A program made the position numbers and the translations under genes. Below, one piece after another: positions 50,510 to 61,545 of a stretch of DNA of 64,000 bases (position 1 is its first letter; the number at the start of each line of letters is the position of its first letter). The stretch comes from an uncultured Methanosarcinaceae archaeon (GTDB lineage Archaea; Halobacteriota; Methanosarcinia; Methanosarcinales; Methanosarcinaceae). The DNA lies in the NCBI GenBank assembly GCA_963733675.1, contig CAVTET010000004.1, positions 96,001 through 160,000 on the forward strand. Direction: 5' to 3'. The notes under the pieces were generated by a model that did not search any database, was not told the DNA's origin, and worked only from the letters and a program-made list of their open reading frames with translations.

Positions 50510-50786
50510 TTAACAATTCCATACCCATTGTTGATAGTACGGGTCCCGCACCCGATCACAATCAGGGTAGTACTGACCGTGCCACCAATAGTGATGCGAA
50601 TGGTCGTTGCCCCAGCCCCAGCCCCAGCCGCTACCATGTCCACCACGGCCAAAAACGCGATGTTCACCACGGTCACCATGTTCACCGCTCTGCATCGGCT
50701 ACTACTGCAGTAACAGATACAGCCAAAATTACTACCAACAAAATAGACAGTACCTTTTTCATTCTACTAACTTGTTATTTCAACAT
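50510..50786 (-). pseudogene. small secreted Gly/His/Trp-rich peptide with a C-terminal C-x14-C motif, frameshifted after the signal peptide
   Basis: MKKVLSILLVVILAVSVTAVVADAER (ATG 50762), then in another frame GEHGDRGEH..GWGWGWGNDHSHHYWWHGQYYPDCDRVRDPYYQQWVWNC*. Confidence 0.7.
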
Positions 50787-50836
50787 CTATTTCATTTACT
50801 TTATATTTTTCAAATTAATGACATACTAAAATATGA

Positions 50837-50923
50837 CTAATTTCGATAAACATCCAGTTTCAACAAGTTTCTTAGATATACCGTATAAACACCTAGCTAA
50901 AAATTGAGATTTGTCGAAATCAT
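50837..50923. repeat. ~85-bp palindromic-ended dispersed repeat
   Basis: ATTTCGATAAAC ... GATTTGTCGAAAT inverted ends. Confidence 0.6.
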
Positions 50924-51201
50924 TTCTAAATAATTTTTTATTGCTTTACGCATAATTTGTCGTTGCACTTTGTGATACCTATGGCTGCACAAAAAAATAT
51001 GTTTCGTAAGTCATTTATGTGAATATCACCGAATATCACCAAAAACATTTTAGAGAATTTGATTGATTTTTTAATAGTATTTCTGCTTCAGCTATTTACT
51101 TCTGATTCATGGCTTTGCTTGTTTCGGTTTTTATAGCCATATCTCTACCTCTTCCGTTATTCATAGTCTTGTTTTTGTGGTGGTGGTGCTTGAAGAATTT
51201 A

Positions 51202-52070
51202 GAGCCTATTCGAAAAATAATCTACTTTCAATTTAAGATCATGTGTGGTAATGACAAAACGGAAAATTGTTCAGGACTACAAATTTTCTAAAGATTATTG
51301 GGGAAGAATAGAACCTTTACTACATGTACCTAAGCCAAAAAAGAAGTCTTGAAGACCTAGAAAGGGTGATAGGAAAATAATGAGTGGCATTTTCTATCTC
51401 CTTTTTACTGTTTGCCAATGGAAAGCATTGCCCCGATTTTATGGAGCTCCAAGCACTGTACATGATCGATTTCAGGAATGGCAACTATCAGGCTTATTTG
51501 AGAGCATGTGGATGGCTGGTCTTGTTGAGTATGATTTCGAAAAAGGATTAGAATGGGAATGATAATCAATTGATGGTGCTATGACAAAAGCACCATTAGG
51601 TGGAACTGGAACAAGAGCCAATCCTACTGATCGTGGCAAAAAAGGTACAAAAAGGAGTATTTTAACTGGTGGTAAAGGCATACCACTTTCTGTTGTCGTT
51701 GATGGAGCCAATCGTCACGATAAAAAGCTTGTAAAAAGGACTTTAGACGCCATATTCTTTGAAAGACCTTCTCCAGAAGACATAATTCAGAATATATGCT
51801 GGATAAGGGTTATGATTTCAACGATATCAGAAAATTGGTTGAAGAATATGGTTATACTGCGCATATCAAAAGTCGTGGAGAAGAAAACATAAGAAGAGAC
51901 ACCTGGTTTTAGGGCAAGAAGATGGGTTGTAGAAAGGACACATTCTTGGCTGAATAGATTCAGAAGACTCCTTATAAGATGGGAAAAGAAAATTGAAAAT
52001 TACCTTGCTATCCTACATTTAGCGTGCGCATTGATAACATTCAGATCAGCAGGACTTTTCGAATAGCCTC
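51202..52070 (+). mobile_element. IS5-family insertion sequence, inactivated, copy 3
   Basis: GAGCCTATTCGAAAA / TTTTCGAATAGCCTC with TTA on both sides. Confidence 0.92.
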
Positions 52071-52073
52071 TTA

Positions 52074-52696
52074 GTCGAATACCCCGCAGCTAGCTGCGGA
52101 GACGAAAACTCCCAAATAACTGTTATTTTACTAACTGGTCTATGAGATTTTTGATAGTTTTTGATTTTCACGAATCATTTACGTATTATTTATAAGCATA
52201 TGACAAAATTAGGGTATTTGTCAAATAGTCTTGTATTTTGAGCTAAAGTTGTGCTATAATATGGAACTTTTCATGCGAGCTACTTGTCTATAAAAATGAT
52301 CAGATTGTTTTTTTTGCATGAAATATCATAAAAAATTTATTATAGGTAATGAAATCCTAAACTATTTAAAATATGTATGCTTTGGAATTGGTAAAAGACA
52401 CTTTTTTGAGTTTAATTTAATCGATAATGATGGTGATACACATCTTTTAGTTGATTCTGAACCAAAATATACTCCTTCAAGAGTGATGAAAATTATAAAA
52501 TATCTCACAGCAAAAGAATATTTAAAACAAGAATAAATTTGATGGGAAAAATTGTGAAAATACTATTTTTTTTAGAATTGTTTTGATAACGTAGTTCCAT
52601 TTCATAGTGCAAAGGTAGCATAAAATATAAATCAATTCATTATAAATGTTATCGAGAAAGTTCCCATCCCAGCGGCAAACTGTAGGGTATTCGATT
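52074..52696 (+). mobile_element. IS200-like element with degraded tnpA (52261-52536)
   Basis: Hairpin ends GAATACCCCGCAGCTAGCTGCGG and CCCAGCGGCAAACTGTAGGGTATTCGA; MKYHKK..THLLVDSEPKYTPSRVMKIIK. Confidence 0.8.
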
Positions 52697-53272
52697 GGAA
52701 TAAAAACTCTAAAATTATAAGGCTATGAATCAGTTGTTAGTGCACAAATGATCCTTCGTGTGGACAAATATTCAGCTTTGTGAAAAATAATTAATAGTTG
52801 GACAGACTATAACGTCGACAAATGATTTTATTCACACATCTCCTTTTATATCACTACAAAAAATAAAGATTTACAGCATCTGTTTCTCCTATCTAATAGA
52901 ATAAAATATAAGTTCAAGCCAGTCTTTAGTTTATCCACCTACTCAAAAGATAGTCTTCGTGTCATATTTGATTGATATTATTTGAAGGCCCTCTTGAACA
53001 AAGTGTCAGTATCATAATTTCTTATGGCTATTCAACTTGGGCAAAAAATATCAATATCTATCTCTACTAATATTCAATGAGCAAATTTCGGTGAATTTAT
53101 TTGATTTAATTGTTGGCTATTGATCTTATTTCTCATTTTTTATCAATTAGTGTCAAGGATATCTATTGTATCCAAAAAGATATCAAACAACTGATTTTTT
53201 TATGTAAGCTGCATAGTTACAGTTTTATATATAACGTTAATTAAGAGCATACCTTTTAGGATATCGATTTTC

Positions 53273-54918
53273 TTATTTGTATTCCGTCAGTCTCACAACC
53301 CTGGCAGTGACTTCGGAGGCCAGTTCAATATCTACAAGATAAATATAGTCCGAAATATTAGAAAGCCCGCCTGCTCCACTGGCGCCTATAATCAGCGAGT
53401 AAACTTTTGCTTTATATTTCCTTTTTGTCTCTTCCCAGCTTGTAAGTAACAGTTTGTCAGATATCTCTGACTTTCCATCGGTAATGAAAACCAGATCCGC
53501 AACCTGAAAGTCATTTTCCTTGAGTGATTTAAGGCCTGATGCAAGCGCAGTGTTGAAATCCGTTCCCCCACCGAACGTATAAAGTAAGAAATTCAGAAAT
53601 TTCTCAGACATCTTTTTTCTGCTGCTTAGTTCTATTTCCAGGTGTTGGTTGGTCGATGCAAAAAAAATGACTTTCATGTCCCTCTGTTGAGAGAGCATTA
53701 GCTTTGCCATAGCCAGCACCACAGACTTTGCCAGGGTCTGAGGAGCGCCGTGCATGGATCCAGAAGTATCCACAAGAACAATCATAGGACCTTTGGGCTT
53801 TATACTTGGGGGGCTTGTATAGTGTTTTCCAAATAACTGGTAGCTCAGAAGTTTTCCTTCAAGCATATCCGCATAGAACTTTCGCTTCAGGGAGGGGTTC
53901 AGAAGCTTTATGGCTTCCATGGGGAGGATGTTGTTGATAGAATCTGAGAAATTCACGGTCTGTATCCTATTTTTCCCGAAGATAGATAGGCTTATGTGAT
54001 CACTTGGTGGGTTGAATTCCTGCCTGCCGATGAAATTTACAATTTTTATCAGATCAGGATTTTTTTCGAAAAAGGTTGAATAGCTTTTCAGTGTTTTAAA
54101 CTGCAGGTAAAAAGGTTCTTTTTGGAGTTCTTTTATAGAATAGTTCCAATTTCGTCCGGGAAAAAGGAGCGCAAGAGTATCAAAAAGATCCAGGTTTTCT
54201 TCCATTTCCATGATAAATTCATTCAATATCTTGTAAATTCCCTCCATTATTCCTTCCAGAAATACCCAATGATTGTTCTTCTGCATAAATTCAAGGACAG
54301 ATTCCTGAAAGGCAAGATCTGCAAAATTCCTGATTTCTTGATATTTTTTGTCTTCATCAGGTGAGTTGTTTCCCCACATAATGAGAGTTTCTTTCAAACT
54401 CTTTTCAAACTCTGTCAGGATAGCATCCATTCCATCTTCGAATTCTTTGATGTATTTTCCTCTTGAAACTCTGTTTGAAGGCTCTAAAAAAAGTTCCATT
54501 ATATCATATACCAAGGGAAGAAGAATTTTCAAACCTGCAATCCCGGCTCCTCTACTTCTTTTTGCTATTTTTTGGAGTTTGGACCAAGATTTTGAATTTT
54601 TCAGGGCGAAGAAGATCGGATAAAAGGATCCGAAAACCACGATAAATCTGTTAGGATCTTTTATTTCATAAGCTTGGCCAAAGATAATCTCTGAGATTAT
54701 AACTTCAGCTACTTTTTCCCTTAGGTGGCGAGGAACAGCTCTTGGAATGGCTACCGTGCTTCTTAGTTCTTTACCCAGCAGGAAATTAGTTTGCCTTTGA
54801 AGGTCACATATAGGTAGCTTGATAGTTTATCTCCTAGTAAGTCTATTAGTTTAGCATGGTAATCAGAAGATTTTCGAAGACTCTCATCTGAATTATGTAG
54901 CGTCGTTGATATAATCAC
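53273..54918 (-). pseudogene. VWA-domain protein (ViaA-like); N-terminal frameshift near 54810
   Basis: GPMIVLVDTSGSMHG MIDAS, GGGTDF, FITDG. The frame extends upstream of 54640, then shifts. Confidence 0.8.
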
Positions 54919-55968
54919 TTGACCTGATGAAGCAAATTATATCATTAAGGGCTTTTTTCAAGATTTTATTTAATGTTGCAACTTCTTCTACCAATTCTCT
55001 TGAATTTGCAACCAACTATCCAGAGTTAAGAGTACTAAAATGAAAATTCATTTGAAATATACTGTTTTTAATTATATAATCCACTTTCTACGGGTGTACA
55101 CAAGAATGTCATTCTTTTCTCAATATGGTTGGAGCTTAAAAAACAAATATGAATTCTTCGAATAATAGGCTCGAATAAAATGAAAGTATACACCATATGA
55201 TTCTTTTTTGAACATTGATTACATCGTTATTTTGGACAAGAAGTTTGCTCTAATTTGGTTTTGAAAACCGTCCAACAATTAATAAGTTAATTATCATCTT
55301 AGGCTCAAATGTGGATTCTCTTTCTTAAATTGTAACTCTGAACAAGGGATAGGCTACTGATGGCCTCAAGGCTAGGTCTTCATTCAATGATAATGGGAAA
55401 ATCGGCTAGCTTTTGTAAAATTATTTATTAAGTTGATGACTTAATTGGATCTTTCAAAAAAGCAGGGCTTTCGGGGGCAATTAAATAAAACCGAAATTGT
55501 TAATGGGCATCAAAAGAGTATATTAATATGTAATTAAAAAACGGTTTTTATAAAATATTTTTCTCAAATTAATTTAAATTAAAACCGATATCAATAAAAT
55601 TCATTCAACTTCACTATGCTTTTTTAATACTTTTTTTGTATTTAATGAGGCATAAATCGGTGAAAACTTGTATATTCTTATGAACTACGGAATAATCAGA
55701 CTTACAAAAACATAGACAACGAATAAGATATATTTTCAAAATTTTAAGACTTACCCCTTCAAGAAAGGGATTTTGATATAATGTGAATTGTGATTAAATT
55801 TACTTTTTGAACACTTGAAGTTTCAACTCTATAGATTTATCATTTAATCGTGTAAGTCCTTTGAAAAATAAATCTATAGGTTGATACTAATTATTGAGAA
55901 ATTCTCATCCACAATAAGCTGTATTATTTGATTGAGTTAAATAATTGAAGGCATCATAAATTTCTTGG

Positions 55969-56274
55969 TTATTTTTTTTCCACTTTTTCTTCCTTTAAAT
56001 ACTTTTTTGCTATGATAAAAACCACGAATGCGATGATAATAAAGTTTATCAAATCTCCTAGAAAAGCACCCCAACTTATTAATATAGGCCCTATTCCAAA
56101 TGTTGCAGTCCGCCAAGCTCCACCCGGAATAAAAGGTGTAATACTTGGCATGACTATGTTATCAACAAAAGACTTTATGAAAGCTGTGGAGGCTATACCC
56201 ATGATTAAAGCAATCGCAAGTGGGACTACTTTGTATTCAAAAAGAAATTCTTTAAACTCACTCATTAGTCCCAT
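55969..56274 (-). CDS. mscL: large-conductance mechanosensitive channel family protein
   Basis: EFKEFL...LAIALIMG..FIKSFVDNIVMP...WGAFLGDLINFIIIAFVVF. Confidence 0.9.
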   Translation of the reverse strand: MGLMSEFKEFLFEYKVVPLAIALIMGIASTAFIKSFVDNIVMPSITPFIPGGAWRTATFGIGPILISWGAFLGDLINFIIIAFVVFIIAKKYLKEEKVEKK

Positions 56275-56559
56275 GTTATCCTTCTCAAAAATTAAAGTTA
56301 TTCACTTGTATCAGCAACTTGTTCGCTGTGATCTATTAGCTATAGATTAGCATATGTAATTTAGACCTTCAGTATTTTAAATTAATTATGCGAAAAATAG
56401 TCTCGGAAAAAAAATTATTCCAACATAAAATATTTTAAGCTCCAACATGCACAGTTCTTTTGTGCGAAAGTCTATGTATTATCTTATTTTTCAGCCGAAA
56501 TTTTAGGACATTTTAACCTGCCTGTGAAGAGAATAAATAATTTTTATTAAAACATATGT

Positions 56560-56735
56560 TATAGTAATGAACCAAAAAGTTGCTATTTATCTCACGAATG
56601 ATGAAAATAAATGAAACTTAGCAACTATTTGACCTACAAATCGAATTTATTTAATCTATTTAGATAAAGTTCCTTTATTGTATAAAGCTATTGAATCCTA
56701 CGGATCAATTTTAATTGCTTTGTCATATTCAAAGA
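56560..56735 (-). pseudogene. 3' remnant of a third TPR-module copy plus its non-coding tail
   Basis: YDKAIKIDP*DSIALYNKGTL..NRLNKFDL*, followed by the same tail as 43385-43500. Confidence 0.7.
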
Positions 56736-57029
56736 CTTTATTACCTCAAATTGTTTTTGGGAGGTGTTTCTGATTTGTAGAACTAGTTTCTGAACTGAAG
56801 ATATTCGAAAATACTGAAGCAATGAGAAAGTTGATATAGTCAAATTAGTATATTTCAGAGAGCTTATTTCGTTCAACTCAATGAATTTTTTTGGATATAT
56901 TTATTGCATCTATCCTAAAGTGACATTTAAATTTAATCGTGGTATTTAAATTAAATTCTACTTCTTGTAATCTCTTGTATTTTAAACTTAAGAGATAATT
57001 ATACAAATCTTCCCGCCTATTTTACTACG

Positions 57030-57964
57030 ATGCAACGTGTTATTCTCCATGTAGACATGGATTATTTTTTTGCAGCTATAGAGGAGCGGGAAAATCCGGA
57101 ACTTAGAGGAAAAGCCATAGTAGTCTGCATGTTCTCAGGACGAAACGAGCTAAGTGGAGCTGTCAGCGCCTGTAACTATGTCGCACGGGAATATGGGATC
57201 ATATCGGGTATTCCTTGTTCGAAAGCAAAAAAGCTGAATCCCAAAGCTGTCTTCCTGCCTGTTAGGAAGGAGTTTTACACACGGTTTCGAACAGGGTCAT
57301 GGAAATTCTTCGAAGTCATGTTGATATCAGAGAGGATAGGGATACCTTTGAGCAAATAAGCATTGATGAGGCATTCTTGGAAATTACTGAAAAAATAGGT
57401 GGGGACTTTAGCCGCGCTTTTGAAATCGGCATGCTGATCAAAAATGAAATCAAGGAAAAAGAAAATCTGACATGTTCAGTAGGTATCGGACCAAATAAGC
57501 TTATTGCCAAGATGACCTCCTCTATAAAAAAACCTGATGGAATCACTGTTGTGAGTCCCAATGAGCTTGAGAGTTTCCTATTGCCTCTTAAAGTGTCCAA
57601 ACTCTGGGGAATTGGTGACGTAACTGCAGGGAAACTGCAGAAAATGGGTGTTGTTATGATAAAGGATCTTGCAGAGCATGATGCTACACACCTGATTTCC
57701 ACATTCGGAAAAAACCGAGGAATCTGGCTCAAAAAAGCTGCAGCAGGAATCGATGATTCTCCACTGAAAGACAGAGATGGTTCCGAACAGATAAGCCGAA
57801 TTTCAACTTTATCTGAAGATACTCTTGACATTCAGCTTATTTTTCAGTTACTTGATAAACTAGTTGAGGATTTAACCTCCAAAATAGATTCAGTGGAACT
57901 CTCCTTCAGGACTGTAACCGTTATGGTCATAAATTCAAACTTTCGAATGTATACTAACATTTAA
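57030..57964 (+). pseudogene. dinB: DNA polymerase IV (DinB/Dbh), frameshifted near 57280 and 3'-truncated
   Basis: HVDMDYFFAAIE, CNYVAR / SIDEAFL, NKLIAK, KPDG. Ends abruptly in the little-finger domain. Confidence 0.9.
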
Positions 57965-58073
57965 ACAAAATTGTTAGAATGTATTTTATTTTAAATATTC
58001 CAATTTAAAGCTTTTGATTTGAATCGCTATATAGCCTAGATCATTGTAAGGTAAAATGAATATGATAATCTGA

Positions 58074-59174
58074 TTAATAATCAACTATAAGAGTCTGCTT
58101 GTTGTCTCTTGCCCTTAGTTTGGTAACACCTACACCCACAAGCCGTAACTTCTTGTCGTTGAATTCCTCAATTAATTCCATTGCTGTATTTTTAATTACA
58201 TTTATATCAGAAGTCCAAACCGGTACAGACTTCGCACGTGTGAGAGTAGAATAGTTAATTAAACGGACTATGATGGTTACAGTCTTAAACAGACAGTTAT
58301 TTTTCTTTAAGTTCTCATGCACACTACCAGCAAGCATATCTACACTTTTTGCAATTTTATCAGGATCGTCAACATCTTCATCAAAAGTTATGTGCCTGCT
58401 TATGGACTTTACCCCTTCTCTCTCTTCAACATCTTCAAAATCAATGCCTTTGGCGCGTTGTTTCATTAGAATGCCCATTTTACCGAACTTTTCAGAAAGC
58501 ACCTGAACTTTGAAGTTAGCAAGTTCTTCTACCTTGTTTATTCCAATCTCTTTTAGTGCTTCAGTTGTTTTTTTACCAATGTAAGGAATTACAGATACTG
58601 GTAGTGGAAAAAGGAAGTCTCTGACATTTTCAGGTCTAACAACTGTTAACCCATCGGGTTTTTGAAAGCCAGATGCTATTTTGGCTACCAATTTATTTGG
58701 ACTAATACCAACTGAACATGTAATTCCTTCTTGTTGCTTAATTTCATCCTTAATCTTGTGTGCGCAAAGAATAGCATCGTCAAAATCACTAATATTAAAT
58801 GGCACAAGGTAGGCTTCATCTATGCTTACTTGTTCAAATTTTTCAGAAAATCCTCGCAAAATAGACATCACATTGGATGATGCCGTTTTATACAACTCCA
58901 TATTCACAGGTAAAAAAGTGCAATCGGGACACAATTTATGAGCCTTGCTTACAGGCATTGCGGAATATACTCCATATTTCCTTGCTTCGTATGAACATGT
59001 GCTTACAACGCCCCTTCGAAGTGTTGGATCAAACCCCATAACAACACACAGAGCCTTCCCTCTCAAATCAGGATGCTCTCGTACTTCTACTGATGCAAAA
59101 AAAGAATCCATATCAACGTGCAGGACTATCCGCTTTTCAAGGTTATCTGTTTCAGAACTTGAGGCAGACATCAT
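58074..59174 (-). CDS. dinB: DNA polymerase IV (DinB/Dbh), intact
   Basis: HVDMDSFFASVE, CSYEARKYG, SIDEAYL, KPDG, RLVGVGV. Confidence 0.95.
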   Translation of the reverse strand: MMSASSSETDNLEKRIVLHVDMDSFFASVEVREHPDLRGKALCVVMGFDPTLRRGVVSTCSYEARKYGVYSAMPVSKAHKLCPDCTFLPVNMELYKTASSNVMSILRGFSEKFEQVSIDEAYLVPFNISDFDDAILCAHKIKDEIKQQEGITCSVGISPNKLVAKIASGFQKPDGLTVVRPENVRDFLFPLPVSVIPYIGKKTTEALKEIGINKVEELANFKVQVLSEKFGKMGILMKQRAKGIDFEDVEEREGVKSISRHITFDEDVDDPDKIAKSVDMLAGSVHENLKKNNCLFKTVTIIVRLINYSTLTRAKSVPVWTSDINVIKNTAMELIEEFNDKKLRLVGVGVTKLRARDNKQTLIVDY

Positions 59175-59475
59175 TGTAAGATGGACAAAACACCTAATAA
59201 AATGTTGTGAAAATCGGGTGCCCTTATATAAAAGCTTTTTAGAAGAGCTAGTTGAGATAGGGATCCAATTAGGCTAAAATTCAGCTTTTCTTACTGCATT
59301 AGAAGCTCACTATAGGAAGAACCGAAGGGGAATGATGCTTTATTACGAGTATAATTGGCTCTAATGATAGCCTGTAAAGAGGCTATCAATTTCGAAACTT
59401 TATCTCTTGAATTATGCATTATTTAACTGGATATTTTATAATATGGATGTAGCAAATTATATATATAATTAAATA

Positions 59476-59496
59476 GGTAATAGGTTACTGTATTCC
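59476..59496. promoter_or_regulatory. possible degenerate NrpR-type operators downstream of a TATA box
   Basis: GGTA-N6-TACT and GGTT-N6-TTCC resemble GGAA-N6-TTCC and follow TTATATATATAA. They precede the nif relics. Confidence 0.35.
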
Positions 59497-59498
59497 CC

Positions 59499-59579
59499 AA
59501 TGATATATTTCGTGATTTTAAAAAACATTAAGCATAGACCAATTGGGAAATGGTAGCAAGATATAGTCTTATGGATTAA
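59499..59579 (+). pseudogene. extreme C-terminal remnant of a nitrogenase Fe protein (NifH/VnfH/AnfH)
   Basis: Fragments FVI.. KTLSIDQL.. MVARYSLMD* directly upstream of the P-II remnant, the expected nifH position. Confidence 0.55.
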
Positions 59580-59596
59580 TTTCATTGGCATGCCAA

Positions 59597-59880
59597 ATAA
59601 AAATGATTTAGGTCATAGTAAGTTCTGACTGGATGGAATAAGTAATTGCCGGACTGGGAGAAGCTTGGTATTATCTCTGGGAAAATATCTTCGGCAGAGG
59701 AAAGTAAAAGTGGATTACTGCTGATGATATGTATTATGATAGGCTCTTAAAAAACTGATCATGATGTTTGTGAAAGATGAAGTCGTCGACGAAGTAATAA
59801 AAAGCATTTTCAGATATATAAATTGGTGGATTATGGACACAGAAATAATCCTAATAGACCCATTGCAGCGAGAAGACATC
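59597..59880 (+). pseudogene. nifI1: NifI1-type P-II protein pseudogene
   Basis: KMI*VIVSSDWME*VIAGLGEA..NIFGRGK*KWITADDMYYDRL..IMMFVKDEVVDEVIKSI. Confidence 0.75.
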
Positions 59881-59966
59881 TAGTTATTATATATCTACTA
59901 TGAAATCTAGATAAATAATTGCGTCTTAATATAAATGCAAAATCTGAATTAATATAGAGGGAAATT

Positions 59967-60794
59967 ATGAGAAAAAAATTGCTTCTTCTGCTAGTATTAT
60001 TAAGTGTGTTCCTTGCAGTAGGATGCGTTGGTGATAAAAGTGAATCTCCAAATACAACCGGAACTCCAGTTACAGAAGTAACTTCAGCTACAGCTGTACC
60101 TGAAACTATAACAGTTTCTGGAGCTGCTAGTCTTACGGAAGCTTTCACGAACATTGCTTCCAAGTTTAAAAAGGAGAATCCTGGAACGAATATAAATCTC
60201 AACTTTGGAAGTTCAGGTAACCTACGCATGCAAGTAGAAGGGGGTGCACCCGTCGATGTTTTTGCCTCAGCTGATGAGAATCAAATGAATATACTTAGCA
60301 ATAAATCACTTATTGTAAACAGTTCACGAAAAGACTTTGCTCATAATTCACTTGTGCTTATTGTCCCTAAAAGCAGTACTCTTAATATAACGAACATAAA
60401 AGATCTAGCTAATCCTAATGTTCAAAAAATAAGTATTGGAAACCCTGGTACTGTTCCAGTAGGTGAATACTCGCTCCTTGCACTGACTGACGCTGGTTTG
60501 TGGAGTCAGCTAAAAAATAAAGCTGTACTTGCTGAAGATGTCAAACAAGTATTTGTATACGTGGAAAGAGGAGATGTTGATGCAGGTTTTGTATATATAA
60601 CCGATGCAAAGACTGCACAACCTGGGACTATAAAAATAGTCACAAGTGTGCCTGTCAGTACCCCCATCAACTATCCAATAGCTGTAGTTTCTTCTTCTAC
60701 GCACAAAGAAAAAGCTCAGAAGTTCATTGATTTCGTGATCGGGAAAGATGGACAAGACATACTTAGTACATATGGTTTTGTTCCTCAATCTTGA
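59967..60794 (+). CDS. modA: molybdate ABC transporter substrate-binding lipoprotein
   Basis: LAVGC lipobox, AASL, FGSSGNL, GAPVDVFASA, VPVGEY. No modB/modC follow. Confidence 0.93.
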   Translation: MRKKLLLLLVLLSVFLAVGCVGDKSESPNTTGTPVTEVTSATAVPETITVSGAASLTEAFTNIASKFKKENPGTNINLNFGSSGNLRMQVEGGAPVDVFASADENQMNILSNKSLIVNSSRKDFAHNSLVLIVPKSSTLNITNIKDLANPNVQKISIGNPGTVPVGEYSLLALTDAGLWSQLKNKAVLAEDVKQVFVYVERGDVDAGFVYITDAKTAQPGTIKIVTSVPVSTPINYPIAVVSSSTHKEKAQKFIDFVIGKDGQDILSTYGFVPQS

Positions 60795-60981
60795 TAAAAG
60801 ATGAGACTTACGTATCTGAGAAGCAAAATTCAGCATAGCAAGCTTCATAGTTTAAATTGAAATTCAGTTAGTTAAAGCTTTTATGCTCATGATTCTCGGC
60901 TCAATTGCGGAAGTCTTAATTCTTTTTATCACAAGATTTTGAACTCGAGTTATAGTTAGGATTAGGAAAGAGATGAAATAA

Positions 60982-61297
60982 ATGAAAGTCGCTGTCGTTT
61001 CAAGTGATGGCAAGGTTATCAATCAGCATTTCGGAAATGCATCTCGCTTTTTGATATTTGAGGTTGATGGCGGTGAAATTCAATTCACAGAAGTTAGAGA
61101 GACTACACCTTTATGTGGCTCGGCAAATTACGAAAGTAAAGATGACGGTTTTGTGCAGGATAATTTATTTGATTAAAGACTGTGAAGTGGTACTCTGTGC
61201 AAGAATCGGAAGGAAACCAAGAGAGGAATTAAGAGAAAATGGAATTAACCCAATAGAAGCTCCATATTTTATTCATGAAGCTTTAAAAAGTATTTAA
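60982..61297 (+). pseudogene. NifB/NifX family FeMo-cofactor-binding protein, +1 frameshift at ~61148
   Basis: [26 protein letters not shown] / DCEVVLCARIG..L..NGINPI. Confidence 0.85.
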
Positions 61298-61545
61298 CTT
61301 ATGCAATTTAATTGTAAAACAGCAGCATAAGCACCGAATTATATAAATTTTAATAATTTGTTGAGTAGAAAAATCTCTCACTGGAAGAACCCAACTACCT
61401 ACAGTACAAAAAAATTTGACTTCGAGTTTACAGCAAATTCACGACACCACCAGCTTTCGAATAGCTATTTTCCCTAATAGTTTAAAGTTGATACTATATT
61501 AGTAGAATATTAATTCAAAAATTTATTAAATGGAATGAACAACAC

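Noticed and set aside
57316-60229. ORFs 57316-57831, 58270-58506, 58945-59277 and 59831-60229
   Set aside because: Antisense shadows of the dinB genes and modA.
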